A stretch of DNA of 64,000 nt from Burkholderiales bacterium (GTDB lineage: Bacteria; Pseudomonadota; Gammaproteobacteria; Burkholderiales; Ga0077523): positions 384,009 through 448,008 of the forward strand of contig JAXMFE010000002.1 of assembly GCA_046347985.1 (NCBI GenBank). The letters run 5' to 3'. The notes under the pieces were generated by a model. That model was given only the letters and a program-made list of their open reading frames with translations. It was not told where the DNA came from and did not search any database. Shown here piece by piece: positions 48,545 through 57,624 of the stretch. Numbering within the stretch: the first letter of the stretch is position 1; the number at the start of each line of letters is the position of its first letter. The translations under genes were made by a program, and so were the position numbers.

Positions 48545-50053
48545 TCAGGGACGCCACTCGCGAAAGCCGTCGATGCGACCTGCCGCATCGAGGGATTCGA
48601 GCCGCACGGGGAAGCCCCACAGGCGCCCGAGGTGGCGCAGCACCTCGCTCGATTCGTCGCCGTCCAGCGGCCGCCCCCGATAGAGCTGATGCCGCAGGGT
48701 GAGCGACCGATCGGAATCCCGGTCGTAGCGCGTGACCTGGATGTCCGGCAAGCGGTTCTCGCGCTTGTGCTGGTCGGCCAGCATCCGCCGGACGCGGCGA
48801 TAGCCCGCATCGTCGTGGATGCTGTCGATCAGCAATTCCGCTTCCGTCGATCGATCCGCGACCACGAACAGCCGGAAGTCGCGGATGAGCCGCGGCGACA
48901 GGTACTGCGCGATGAACGATTCGTCCTTGAAATTGCGCATCGCGAAATCCAGCGCCGGCAGCCAGGGCGTCCCGGCGATGTCGGGAAACCACTCGCGGTC
49001 CTCGCCGGTGGGCGCCTCGCAGATGCGGCGGATGTCCTGCATCATCGCGAAGCCCAGGGCGTAGGGGTTCACGCCGTGGTAGCCCTTCTGATCGAACCCC
49101 CGCTGCGCGACCACGTTCGTGTGGTTGTGCAGGAACTCGATCATGAACGCATCGTCCACGCGGCCCTTGTCGTACAACCGGTTCACCAGCGTGTAGTGCC
49201 AGAACGTCGCCCAGCCCTCGTTCATCACCTTGGTCTGGGTCTGGGGATAAAAATACTGCGACAGCTTGCGCACGATGCGCACCAGCTCGCGCTGCCACGG
49301 CGCAAGCCGCGGCGAATACTTCTCCACGAAATAGAGGATGTTCTCCTCGGGCTCGTCGGGAAATCCCCGGCGCTCGTCCGATGCCGCGGCGGCGGCTTCC
49401 GTCTGCGGCAGCGTCCGCCACAGATCGTTGAACTGACGCCGCTGGTGCTCCTCGATCTCGTTGCGGCGAGCCTCCTGGACGCGGGGCGAGATCGGTTGCG
49501 GCCGCCGGTAGCGGTCGACGCCGTAGTCCATCAGCGCGTGGCAGGAGTCGATCGTCTCCTCCACCTCCGCGGCCCCGTGGCGCTGTTCGCATTCCATCAC
49601 GTAGCGGCGCGCGAACACGAGGTAGTCGAGGATCGCGTCCGCCTGCGTGAACTGCCGGAAGAGATAGTTCCCCTTGAAGAACGAGTTGTGCCCGTAGCTC
49701 GCGTGCGCGATGACCAGCGCCTGCATCATCAGGGAGTTCTCCTCCATGAGGTAGGCGATGCACGGGTCGGAGTTGATGACGATCTCGTACGCGAGACCCT
49801 GGTATCCCTTCCGGTAGGCCTGATCGTGCTGGATGAAGGACTTGCCGTAGGACCAGTGGGGATAGCCGATCGGCAGGCCGCTCGACGCATAGGCGTCGAG
49901 CATCTGCTCCGAACTGATGATCTCGATCTGGTTCGGGTAGGTGTCGAGCCGGAATTCCGCCGCTGTCTCGGCGATCTCGCGCTCGTACTGCTCGAGCAGT
50001 TCGAAGTCCCACTCGGGACCGTGCGGCAGCGGGGTGCGGGCGCGGGCGTTCAT
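48545..50053 (-). CDS. ycgB: SpoVR/YcgB family protein
   Basis: Trimmed to MNARARTPLPHGPEWDFELLE... The start overlaps the yeaH stop (ATGA). The start coordinate follows the ORF-track frame and may be off by 1 nt. Confidence 0.9.
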   Translation of the reverse strand: MNARARTPLPHGPEWDFELLEQYEREIAETAAEFRLDTYPNQIEIISSEQMLDAYASSGLPIGYPHWSYGKSFIQHDQAYRKGYQGLAYEIVINSDPCIAYLMEENSLMMQALVIAHASYGHNSFFKGNYLFRQFTQADAILDYLVFARRYVMECEQRHGAAEVEETIDSCHALMDYGVDRYRRPQPISPRVQEARRNEIEEHQRRQFNDLWRTLPQTEAAAAASDERRGFPDEPEENILYFVEKYSPRLAPWQRELVRIVRKLSQYFYPQTQTKVMNEGWATFWHYTLVNRLYDKGRVDDAFMIEFLHNHTNVVAQRGFDQKGYHGVNPYALGFAMMQDIRRICEAPTGEDREWFPDIAGTPWLPALDFAMRNFKDESFIAQYLSPRLIRDFRLFVVADRSTEAELLIDSIHDDAGYRRVRRMLADQHKRENRLPDIQVTRYDRDSDRSLTLRHQLYRGRPLDGDESSEVLRHLGRLWGFPVRLESLDAAGRIDGFREWRP

Positions 50054-51318
50054 GCCGTCTCCTTGCGGAACAGTTCGCGGAACACCGGATAGATCTCCGC
50101 GGGACTGAAGACGCGCCGCATCGCGAAGTTGAGACCCGGGCGTTCCAGTTCCTCGTACTCGATCCACAGACTGCTGATGTTCCGGTAGTTCTCGTCCGGA
50201 CACTCGATGTACGCGAAGTAGCGTGTCATCGGCAGCAGCGTCTCCCGCAGGAACCGCGCACTCTTGCCGGGATCGGCGCCGAAGGCATCGCCGTCGGAGG
50301 CCTGCGCGCCATAGACGTTCCACTCCGACGCGGGATAGCGGGCGTCGCAGATCTGCTTCATCAACTCGAGCGCCGAGTACACCACCGTCCCGCCGCTCTG
50401 CGGATCGTGGAAGAACGCCTCCTCGTCCACCTCCTGGGCTTCATCGGTGTGACGGATGAACACGATCTCCACCCGCTCGTACTTGCGCGTGAGGAACAGG
50501 TACAGCAGCGTGAAGAAGCGCTTCGCGAGATCCTTCTTGCGCTCGTCCATGGAGGCGGACACATCCATGAGGCAGAACATGACCGCCCGCGCTGCGGGCC
50601 GCGGCACCGCAACGCGATGGCGATAGCGCAGATCGACATCGTCGAGAAACGGCAGGCCGCGGGCGCGAGCCTCGAGTTCGGCGATCTGCGCATCGAGGCG
50701 CTCGATCTCGTCTGCCGGCCGGCCGTCGCGCAGCGCCGTCTCCCGCTCGGCCATGACCGCGGCCAGTTCGTTGCGGATCGGCCCGCCGAGTGCGATGCGC
50801 CGGGCCAGCGCGGTCTTCATCGTGCGCACGACGGACAGGTTGGAGGGTGTCCCTTCCTTCACGTAGCCGGCGCGGACATACTTCTTCTGGTCGGTCTCGG
50901 CGAGCGTCGTGCGCATCAGGTTGGGCAGTTCGAGATCCTCGAAGAAGATGTTGAGGAACTCGTCGCGCGATAGCGTGAAGACGAAGTCGTCGACGCCGTC
51001 GCCGTCACCGGACTCCCCGCCCGAGCCCTTTCCGCCCCCGCCCTCCGGGCGCGGAATGCGATCACCGCGGATGAACTCCCGGTTGCCGGGATGCACACCT
51101 TCCCAGTCGCCGCCGCTGCCGTACCGGAACCCCGGCTCCGACAGATCCTTCGACGGGACCGTCACCTCGCCACCCTTCGCCATGTCGGTGATGGAGCGCT
51201 CGGCGATCATGCCCTTCACCGATCGCCGGATGTGCTCCTTGTAGCGGCGGATGAAGCGTTCGCGGTTGACCGCACTCTTGTTGCGGCCGTTGAGACGACG
51301 ATCGATGAGCCGATTCAT
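50050..51318 (-). CDS. yeaH: YeaH/YhbH (DUF444) family protein
   Basis: Trimmed to MNRLIDRRLNGRNKSAVNRERFIRRYK. It has a Gly/Asp-rich linker and a vWA-like C-terminus (FCLMDVSASM). Confidence 0.9.
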   Translation of the reverse strand: MNRLIDRRLNGRNKSAVNRERFIRRYKEHIRRSVKGMIAERSITDMAKGGEVTVPSKDLSEPGFRYGSGGDWEGVHPGNREFIRGDRIPRPEGGGGKGSGGESGDGDGVDDFVFTLSRDEFLNIFFEDLELPNLMRTTLAETDQKKYVRAGYVKEGTPSNLSVVRTMKTALARRIALGGPIRNELAAVMAERETALRDGRPADEIERLDAQIAELEARARGLPFLDDVDLRYRHRVAVPRPAARAVMFCLMDVSASMDERKKDLAKRFFTLLYLFLTRKYERVEIVFIRHTDEAQEVDEEAFFHDPQSGGTVVYSALELMKQICDARYPASEWNVYGAQASDGDAFGADPGKSARFLRETLLPMTRYFAYIECPDENYRNISSLWIEYEELERPGLNFAMRRVFSPAEIYPVFRELFRKETA

Positions 51319-51370
51319 GGCAACTCCGGCGAGCGGGTCCCCGGGCGGCGGCACCGCCCGGGGACTCCCG

Positions 51371-53296
51371 TCACGACGACTTCTGCACGCGCAGGTACCA
51401 CTCGGACAGCAGGCGAACCTGCTTCTCCGTGTAGCCCTTGGCGACCATCCGGTCGACGAAGTTCTGGTGCTTCTTCTGGTCCTCCGTGGAGGCCTTGGCG
51501 TTGAACGAGATCACCGGCAGCAGATCCTCGGTGCTCGAGAACATCTTCTTCTCGATCACTTCGCGCAGCTTCTCGTAGCTGCTCCAGACCGGATTCTTGC
51601 CCGCGTTGTTGGCGCGCGCGCGCAACACGAAGTTGACGATCTCGTTGCGGAAGTCCTTCGGATTCGCGATGCCGGCCGGCTTCTCGATCTTCTCCAGTTC
51701 GGTGTTGAGCGCCGCGCGATCGAAGAACTCGCCGGTGTCGGGATCGCGGAAGTCCTCGTCCTGTATCCAGCAGTCGGCGTAGGTCACGTAACGGTCGAAG
51801 ATGTTCTGGCCGTATTCGGAGTAGGACTCCAGATACGCCGTCTGGATCTCCTTGCCGATGAACTCCGCATAGCGCGGCGCCAGATGGCCCTTGATGAATT
51901 CCAGGTAGCGGCGGCGCGTCTCGTCCGGGTAGTCCTCCCGTGCGATGCGCTGTTCGAGGACGTACATCAGGTGGACCGGGTTCGCGGCCACCTCGGTCTG
52001 GTCATAGTTGAAGACGGTGGACAGGATCTTGTAGGCGAAGCGCGTGGAGATGCCGGACATGCCCTCGTCCGCTCCGGCGTAGTCGCGGTACTCCTGGTAG
52101 GACTTGGCCTTCGGATCCGTGTCCTTGAGGCTCTCGCCGTCGTACACGCGCATCTTGGAATAGAGGCTGGAGTTCTCCGGCTCCTTCAGGCGGGACAGCA
52201 CCGAGAACTGCGCCATCATCTCCAGCGTGCCGGGCGCGCACGAAGCCTCGGACAGCGCGCTGTTCCGAAGCAGCTTGCGGTAGATGCGGACCTCCTCCGT
52301 CACCTGCAGGCAGTAGGGCACCTTCACGATGTAGATGCGGTCGAGGAAGGCCTCGTTCGTGCGGTTGTTGCGGAATGACTGCCACTCGGATTCGTTGCTG
52401 TGCGCCAGGATGATCCCGTTGAAGGGGATCGCCGAGAAGCCTTCGGTCCCCTTGAAATTGCCTTCCTGCGTGGCGGTCAGCAGCGGATGCAGCATCTTGA
52501 TGGGGGCCTTGAACATCTCGACGAACTCGAGCAGGCCCTGGTTGGCCAGGCACAGGCCCCCGGAATAGCTGTACGCATCGGGATCGTCCTGCGAATACCG
52601 GTCGAGCTTGCGGATGTCGACCTTGCCCACGAGCGACGAGATGTCCTGGTTGTTCTCGTCGCCGGGTTCGGTCTTGGCGATCGCGATCTGCCGCAGCACC
52701 GAGGGCTGCAGACGCACGACGCGGAAGCGCGAGATGTCGCCCTCGAATTCCTGGAGCCGCTTGACGGCCCACGGCGACATGATGCCGGTGAGGTAGCGGC
52801 GCGGGATGCCGTAGTCGGATTCCAGCACCTCCGCGTAGTCCTCGGGCGCAAACAGGCCCAGCGGCGATTCATTGACCGGCGAGTCCTTGAGGGCATAGAC
52901 GGGCCGGTGTTCCATGAGCTGCTTCAGGCGCTCGGCGATGGACGACTTCCCGCCACCGACCGGACCGAGCAGATAGAGGATCTGCTTGCGTTCCTCCAGC
53001 CCCTGTGCGGCGTGCTTGAAGAAGGCGACGATCTGGGCGACCGCGTCCTCCATGCCGTAGAACTCGGCGAACGCGGGGTAACGCTTGATGACTCGATTGG
53101 CGAACAGGCGCGACAATCTCGGATCGAGCCGGGTGTCGACGACCTCGGGCTCCCCGATGGCGGCAAGCATTCGCTCCGCCGCCGTCGCATAGACCGCGGG
53201 ATCCTTCCGGCAGAGTTCCAGGTAGTCCTCCAGGGACATCTCGTCAGCCTGGCTGGCCGAATACCTGGCCTTGTAACCCTCAGCAATCTTCAGCAT
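51371..53296 (-). CDS. yeaG: PrkA/YeaG family serine protein kinase
   Basis: Trimmed to MLKIAEGYKARYSAS... Walker A GPVGGGKSS. 641 aa with strongly conserved PrkA blocks throughout. Confidence 0.92.
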   Translation of the reverse strand: MLKIAEGYKARYSASQADEMSLEDYLELCRKDPAVYATAAERMLAAIGEPEVVDTRLDPRLSRLFANRVIKRYPAFAEFYGMEDAVAQIVAFFKHAAQGLEERKQILYLLGPVGGGKSSIAERLKQLMEHRPVYALKDSPVNESPLGLFAPEDYAEVLESDYGIPRRYLTGIMSPWAVKRLQEFEGDISRFRVVRLQPSVLRQIAIAKTEPGDENNQDISSLVGKVDIRKLDRYSQDDPDAYSYSGGLCLANQGLLEFVEMFKAPIKMLHPLLTATQEGNFKGTEGFSAIPFNGIILAHSNESEWQSFRNNRTNEAFLDRIYIVKVPYCLQVTEEVRIYRKLLRNSALSEASCAPGTLEMMAQFSVLSRLKEPENSSLYSKMRVYDGESLKDTDPKAKSYQEYRDYAGADEGMSGISTRFAYKILSTVFNYDQTEVAANPVHLMYVLEQRIAREDYPDETRRRYLEFIKGHLAPRYAEFIGKEIQTAYLESYSEYGQNIFDRYVTYADCWIQDEDFRDPDTGEFFDRAALNTELEKIEKPAGIANPKDFRNEIVNFVLRARANNAGKNPVWSSYEKLREVIEKKMFSSTEDLLPVISFNAKASTEDQKKHQNFVDRMVAKGYTEKQVRLLSEWYLRVQKSS

Positions 53297-53542
53297 CGCA
53301 CGCCTCCTACAGGGTCTGCTGCACCGTAATCCGACTCCCCCGCACCGCCGCGGCATGTTGTTGATCGCTTGCCTGCGACGGGTTCAACGACATTTGCATG
53401 CGGACCTTGAGACCGGTCTCCCAGGTTTCCGCAACGCGCCAGAAAGGGACACCGTGCACATCGGCGGCCTTCGATTTCGGCGTCCGCCGCGCGACGCGCC
53501 GTCTATCCTCCGGGCACCGCACGTCACCCCACGGGCTCCGGC

Positions 53543-53557
53543 GCGAGTAACGTGCCA
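53543..53557 (-). promoter_or_regulatory. candidate sigma-54 (-24/-12) promoter in the prkA/yeaG leader
   Basis: The minus strand reads TGGCACG-TTAC-TCGC. The -24 element is perfect, the GG-to-GC spacing is correct, and the -12 is TCGC versus TTGC. It lies about 250 nt upstream of the ATG. Confidence 0.35.
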
Positions 53558-53957
53558 GCGGCGAGTCGCACCTCGGTTGCGATTCGGATGCATGCATGTC
53601 GGACGTCACGGACGGTGTCGCCGAACCGGTGCCACTGCGCCGGGCGGTGGAGCGGCGTCTCGAGCGAGAACCGTCACGCCACGGAGACGACCGGCGGCAC
53701 GGACCCGCACCGAACCGAAGCAACCGGACGCGTGGTGGGGCCAAAGCGGTGCGCGCGAGGCACGCGACGGCGTGCCTCGCGGGAGGGAGAGTCGACCCGA
53801 GACGAATCACCATCGTCAGGGACGAACGCGGAAGTGTCGTGACACGTCGGTTTGACGCGCGCGATTCGACAGAGTTCGACGTGAGTGATTCACGTCGACG
53901 ACAGGTGCGCGCCTGTCGAAAACGCAAACGGCATCGACAGGGAAACGCGGCGCCCCG

Positions 53958-55301
53958 TCAGCGCATCGCGTCCATCAGCTCGAGATTGGTCCTGGCCTTG
54001 ACGTCGCCCGGGTCCAGTGCGAGCGCGCGCCGGTAGGCGACACGCGCGCCCTCCGTCCGACCGGCGCGCTCGAGCGAATAGCCCAGGTTGTTCCAGACAC
54101 GCGCCTTCGCGGGGGATGCGCGCGCCGTGGCGGTCCAGAGGGCGACCTCCGATCGGTAGTCCCGGTTCCGCAACGTGGTGGCAGCGAGCAGCGCAACCAC
54201 GACCACGCTGCCAAGCACGAGCGCCGGCCGCGGCCGCAGCGATGTCTCGACGAGCGCGACGAGCGACCAGGCCACGCCCACCAGGGGAACATATAGCGCA
54301 CGGTCGTTGGCGATGTCGATACGTGGCAGCACGGAGTTGGTGGCCGCGAGCGCGGATCCGAACCAGAGCAGCCCGAGTCGCAGCCAGGGCCGGGAGCGCC
54401 CGGCGTACCACACGCCTCCGACGGCTGCGAGCATCGCGCATGCCTTCGCCATGCCGCCTGCACCGAGGACGGGCGATACGCGCAGATCCGGATCGATGTT
54501 GAGCGCCGTGCCTGTCAGCGGTCCCGACACCAGGTACCACAGGCCGTCGACCTGAGCCAGCAGGTTCCGCCCCAGCGTGCGCGTCGCGAGACTGGCGTCG
54601 AGCAACCGCCCATAGCCCGGGACGATCAGGACCGCGAGGCCGAGCAGGACCAGCACCGACCACAGGGCGGCGGTCCGCGTGAACGTCTCGCGCCAATCGG
54701 CTCGGCCCGCGATGCGCTCGCATGCCGCGACGATCAGTGGCAAGGACCACGCGCTCTCCTTCGCGGCGAGCGCGGCCAGGAAAGCGACCGCTCCCAGCAG
54801 ACGCCAGCGCTTCGGTGCAGTCGATTCCCAGGCGTGCGCGTGCGCGAGCACCGCCGCAAAGAGGAAGAGCGCCATCAGCGCATTCGAACGGCCGGAAAGA
54901 TAGGTCACGACTTCCGTCTGGGCGGGATGCACCGCGAACAGAATGGCACTCCACAACGCCGAGTGCCGACAACGCCCGGCGACCATCCCCGTCCCGAGCA
55001 GCAGGCGCTCGACGATGCGTCGGACCAGCAATGCGTTGACGAGATGCAGGCCGCCGTTGACGAGATGGAACCCCGGGAGAGAACCGCCGAGAGTCACGTT
55101 GAACGTGTAACTCGCTTTCAGCAGCGGCCGGATGCCGGGCATCGAGGCCCACCAGGCAGCCCACGAATGCACCGCCGGATTGTCGACGATCACATTGAAG
55201 TCGTCGAACTGGAAGACGCCATCGATGCCGCTCACCCACGCCAGCAGCGCGGCGGCGGCCACGAGGACGTCAGCGGGGATGCGCAGCGCGCTCGAACGCA
55301 C
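53958..55301 (-). CDS. polytopic membrane protein with C-terminal TPR repeats (PMT/TMTC-like architecture)
   Basis: 447 aa with about 9 predicted TM helices. FQFDDFNVIVDNP near TM1. C-terminal TPR (AKARVWNNLGYSLERAGRTEGARVAYRRALALDP). Confidence 0.6.
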   Translation of the reverse strand: MRSSALRIPADVLVAAAALLAWVSGIDGVFQFDDFNVIVDNPAVHSWAAWWASMPGIRPLLKASYTFNVTLGGSLPGFHLVNGGLHLVNALLVRRIVERLLLGTGMVAGRCRHSALWSAILFAVHPAQTEVVTYLSGRSNALMALFLFAAVLAHAHAWESTAPKRWRLLGAVAFLAALAAKESAWSLPLIVAACERIAGRADWRETFTRTAALWSVLVLLGLAVLIVPGYGRLLDASLATRTLGRNLLAQVDGLWYLVSGPLTGTALNIDPDLRVSPVLGAGGMAKACAMLAAVGGVWYAGRSRPWLRLGLLWFGSALAATNSVLPRIDIANDRALYVPLVGVAWSLVALVETSLRPRPALVLGSVVVVALLAATTLRNRDYRSEVALWTATARASPAKARVWNNLGYSLERAGRTEGARVAYRRALALDPGDVKARTNLELMDAMR

Positions 55302-56079
55302 GATCGAGCATCCGGTGCGCGTCCCACCAGCGCTCCCGTCCGTTCAGCATCACGAGCAGCACCTGCACGTCATGGCGTTCGGCGAGCACGATCAGGCAGG
55401 GACCGGCGAGGGCGGTGAAGCCCGACTTGACGCCGATCGCGCCGTCGTACCGGCCGATGAGTGCGTTCCGGTTGGACAGGGGAAACCGCCGACGCCCGTC
55501 GACGGTGGAGACGACGGCATCCACCCTGCGGACCAGCGCCGCGATGTCGGGACGAGCCATCGCCGCGCGGGCGAGCGTCGCGAGATCCGAAGCAGTGGAT
55601 CGGTGCCCCGGTGCATCGTGGCCGCAGGCATTCCGGAAGCGTGTCCGCACCAATCCCAGCGCCGCCGCCCGGGCATTCATCCGTCCGACGAACCGTTCCT
55701 CATCACCATCGCGCCATTCGGCAAGCGCGCGGCATGCGTCGTTGGCCGAAGCGATGAGTGCGGCAGCGAGCAGGTCCGGGACACGCATCCGGTCGCCCGC
55801 CTTCAGGCCGAGGCGCGAGCCCGTCGCCGATGCCGTGCGTGCACTCACGGTGGCGACGGCCTGGGGGCTGCCATCGGCCTCCGACACGAGCAGCGCCGTC
55901 ATGAGCTTGGTGAGACTGGCGGGCGCGCGCGGCGCGTCGGCCTCACGCGACCAGAGCGGCTTGCCGTCGACCTCGACGAGATAGGCGGAGGCGGCACCCG
56001 GAAACGCGTCGACGGCCGCTCCGACGGCCAGGGGCAGGGTCGCTGCGAGCAGGGCAGCGGCCCCCGTCAAACGGCGCAC
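55270..56079 (-). CDS. D-alanyl-D-alanine carboxypeptidase (peptidase S11), short form
   Basis: GTG start and signal peptide. SxxK (ASLTK), SxN (SAND) and K(T/S)G (KSGFT) motifs are present. It is only 269 aa, with no PBP5-type C-terminal domain. Confidence 0.85.
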   Translation of the reverse strand: MRRLTGAAALLAATLPLAVGAAVDAFPGAASAYLVEVDGKPLWSREADAPRAPASLTKLMTALLVSEADGSPQAVATVSARTASATGSRLGLKAGDRMRVPDLLAAALIASANDACRALAEWRDGDEERFVGRMNARAAALGLVRTRFRNACGHDAPGHRSTASDLATLARAAMARPDIAALVRRVDAVVSTVDGRRRFPLSNRNALIGRYDGAIGVKSGFTALAGPCLIVLAERHDVQVLLVMLNGRERWWDAHRMLDRAFERAAHPR

Positions 56080-56082
56080 GGA

Positions 56083-57057
56083 TCAGAACTTCAGGAACTT
56101 CTTCAGCCGGCCGGCCCCTTCCTTCAGCTTGTCGGTGATCCCGGGTTTGTCCCCGGGCACGGGCTGAGCCTTGCCGGCATCCGCCGGTGTCGCGGTGTAG
56201 GACAGGCCGCCGAGGCGCGAACACAGTTCGCGGTTCGCGGCATCGACGGTCGTGTACGTCCGGCCGGCGCACCGTTCCTTTCGCAATGCCGCCGATTCGT
56301 CCTTGCACTGTCCGACGACTAAGTCCCAGTCCTGCTTGGATACGGCGCTCCTGCAGACGTCCCGCGTCAGGGCGGCCGCATCGATCCCGCACGCGGCCAG
56401 TCCTTCGCTCCAGCCCCGCACCCGACCCGAGACGGCCCGGTAGCCGACGGGGTCCTTCATCTCCTGCGACAGACGCGTCGCGCGCGAGCAGAAATCCGCC
56501 TTGCGCTCCGCGCACAGGGGTTGCGGCATGTTCGCACTCGGGAACACGAGCACGGCCGCAAGCTCGTCGACCGCCTGATCGCAGACCTGCTTCACCTGCG
56601 CCTGCGATTGCGCGATGGCCTTGCGTGCCGGGTCGTCGGCCGGATTGCAGGCGCCGAGCCGGCGAGCGCTGTAGGTCTGCGTGGCGTCGAACTTGCGGCC
56701 TTCGGCAGTGCCGGTCATCCGCATCCGACCGCGGTAGGCGTCCTTGCCCTGCCATTCCATCTCGCCGGTGCCGGTGAACTTGCCCCGCTCTCCGTCGCAC
56801 TGGATCGTGTAGGTCGTCCTTGATCCGCTGCGCTTGAAATCCAGGACCTTGCAGTCCTTTTCCGTGGGAATGTCGTCCCGCTCGTTCTTCGCAGGGGGCC
56901 TGCAGACGCGCTGCGTGGTGGGCGGTAGATTCATGCCCTCCATTTGCATCTCCATCGTGAGTTCCCACTGCTCATCGCCCGACTGGGCCGCCACGGGGCC
57001 CGCCGCGATTGCCACCAGCGCTGCGGCCGCGATCCATCCCGACTGTGCCATTGCCAT
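56083..57057 (-). CDS. secreted DUF3617-like protein with Cys-rich C-terminal extension
   Basis: Trimmed to MAMAQSGWIAAAALVAIAAGPVAA (GAGGGGA SD). It shows the DUF3617-like pattern WELTMEM...QRVC...DCKVLDFKRSGSRTTYTIQC. Confidence 0.6.
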   Translation of the reverse strand: MAMAQSGWIAAAALVAIAAGPVAAQSGDEQWELTMEMQMEGMNLPPTTQRVCRPPAKNERDDIPTEKDCKVLDFKRSGSRTTYTIQCDGERGKFTGTGEMEWQGKDAYRGRMRMTGTAEGRKFDATQTYSARRLGACNPADDPARKAIAQSQAQVKQVCDQAVDELAAVLVFPSANMPQPLCAERKADFCSRATRLSQEMKDPVGYRAVSGRVRGWSEGLAACGIDAAALTRDVCRSAVSKQDWDLVVGQCKDESAALRKERCAGRTYTTVDAANRELCSRLGGLSYTATPADAGKAQPVPGDKPGITDKLKEGAGRLKKFLKF

Positions 57058-57142
57058 CCGATTCCCCTCATCGTCGGCCGGGTGCCGTCGCGGGCCCCGG
57101 CCGGTCCGTCGAACGCGCCGGGGCGGTCGCCCCGGCACTGCC

Positions 57143-57466
57143 TCAGCGCGAGATCGGGAAGAACGGCACCGGCGTCATCAGCCGGTTCTCCTGCTGTTCG
57201 AGCGCCCCCAGCTTCGCGCTCTCCTCGGTGTAGGCGAGCCACTCCGGATCGGCCCACATGGCCTGGCGGCGGCGCGCGCGGTCGGCCGCATCCTCGTAGG
57301 CCCAGATGTGGATGTACTGATTGACGTTGCCGGTTTCGGTCACGAGATAGGCGAAGGGCTGGCCCAGATGCCGCGTCTGCGGCCCCTTGCCCATCTTCTC
57401 GTAGAGGGCGAGGTGCTTCTTGATGGTTCCGGGACGGCAGGTATAGGTACGGACGTCGAGCAGCAT
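57143..57466 (-). CDS. NIPSNAP family protein
   Basis: 107 aa with a strong AGGAGG SD. Sequence [14 protein letters not shown]...[12 protein letters not shown]. Confidence 0.85.
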   Translation of the reverse strand: MLLDVRTYTCRPGTIKKHLALYEKMGKGPQTRHLGQPFAYLVTETGNVNQYIHIWAYEDAADRARRRQAMWADPEWLAYTEESAKLGALEQQENRLMTPVPFFPISR

Positions 57467-57624
57467 GTTTCCTCCTGGCGGTTGATGGCGGGACGCACGA
57501 AGGCGGCGTCCCGACGCGGCTGACCCTCAAGTTTAGGGGCGCGACGCCCGCGTTGGACAGACCCGGCGCGTCCCTTTGCACCCCTCCCCGATTCGGAGAC
57601 AATCCCCGATTCGCCGGAGCGGCC

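Noticed and set aside
50041-50100. Apparent 1-nt register difference between my hand translation of this sequence line and three ORF-track entries (stops at 50050 and 50092, SpoVR start)
   Set aside because: All three track ORFs agree with one another and read through cleanly, so this is most likely my counting or reading error in G/C runs rather than a biological frameshift. Coordinates here follow the track and may be off by 1 nt.
53620-53634. Second sigma54-like element in the prkA leader (minus strand TGGCAC-CGGTT-CGGC)
   Set aside because: Its -12 region matches only in the GC. It is weaker than the element at 53543-53557, and I kept only the better one.
53307-53927. 206-aa minus ORF and overlapping plus ORFs (53355..53855, 53596..54036) in the prkA leader
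   Set aside because: They are Arg-rich and mutually overlapping, with no family resemblance. I treated the interval as non-coding.
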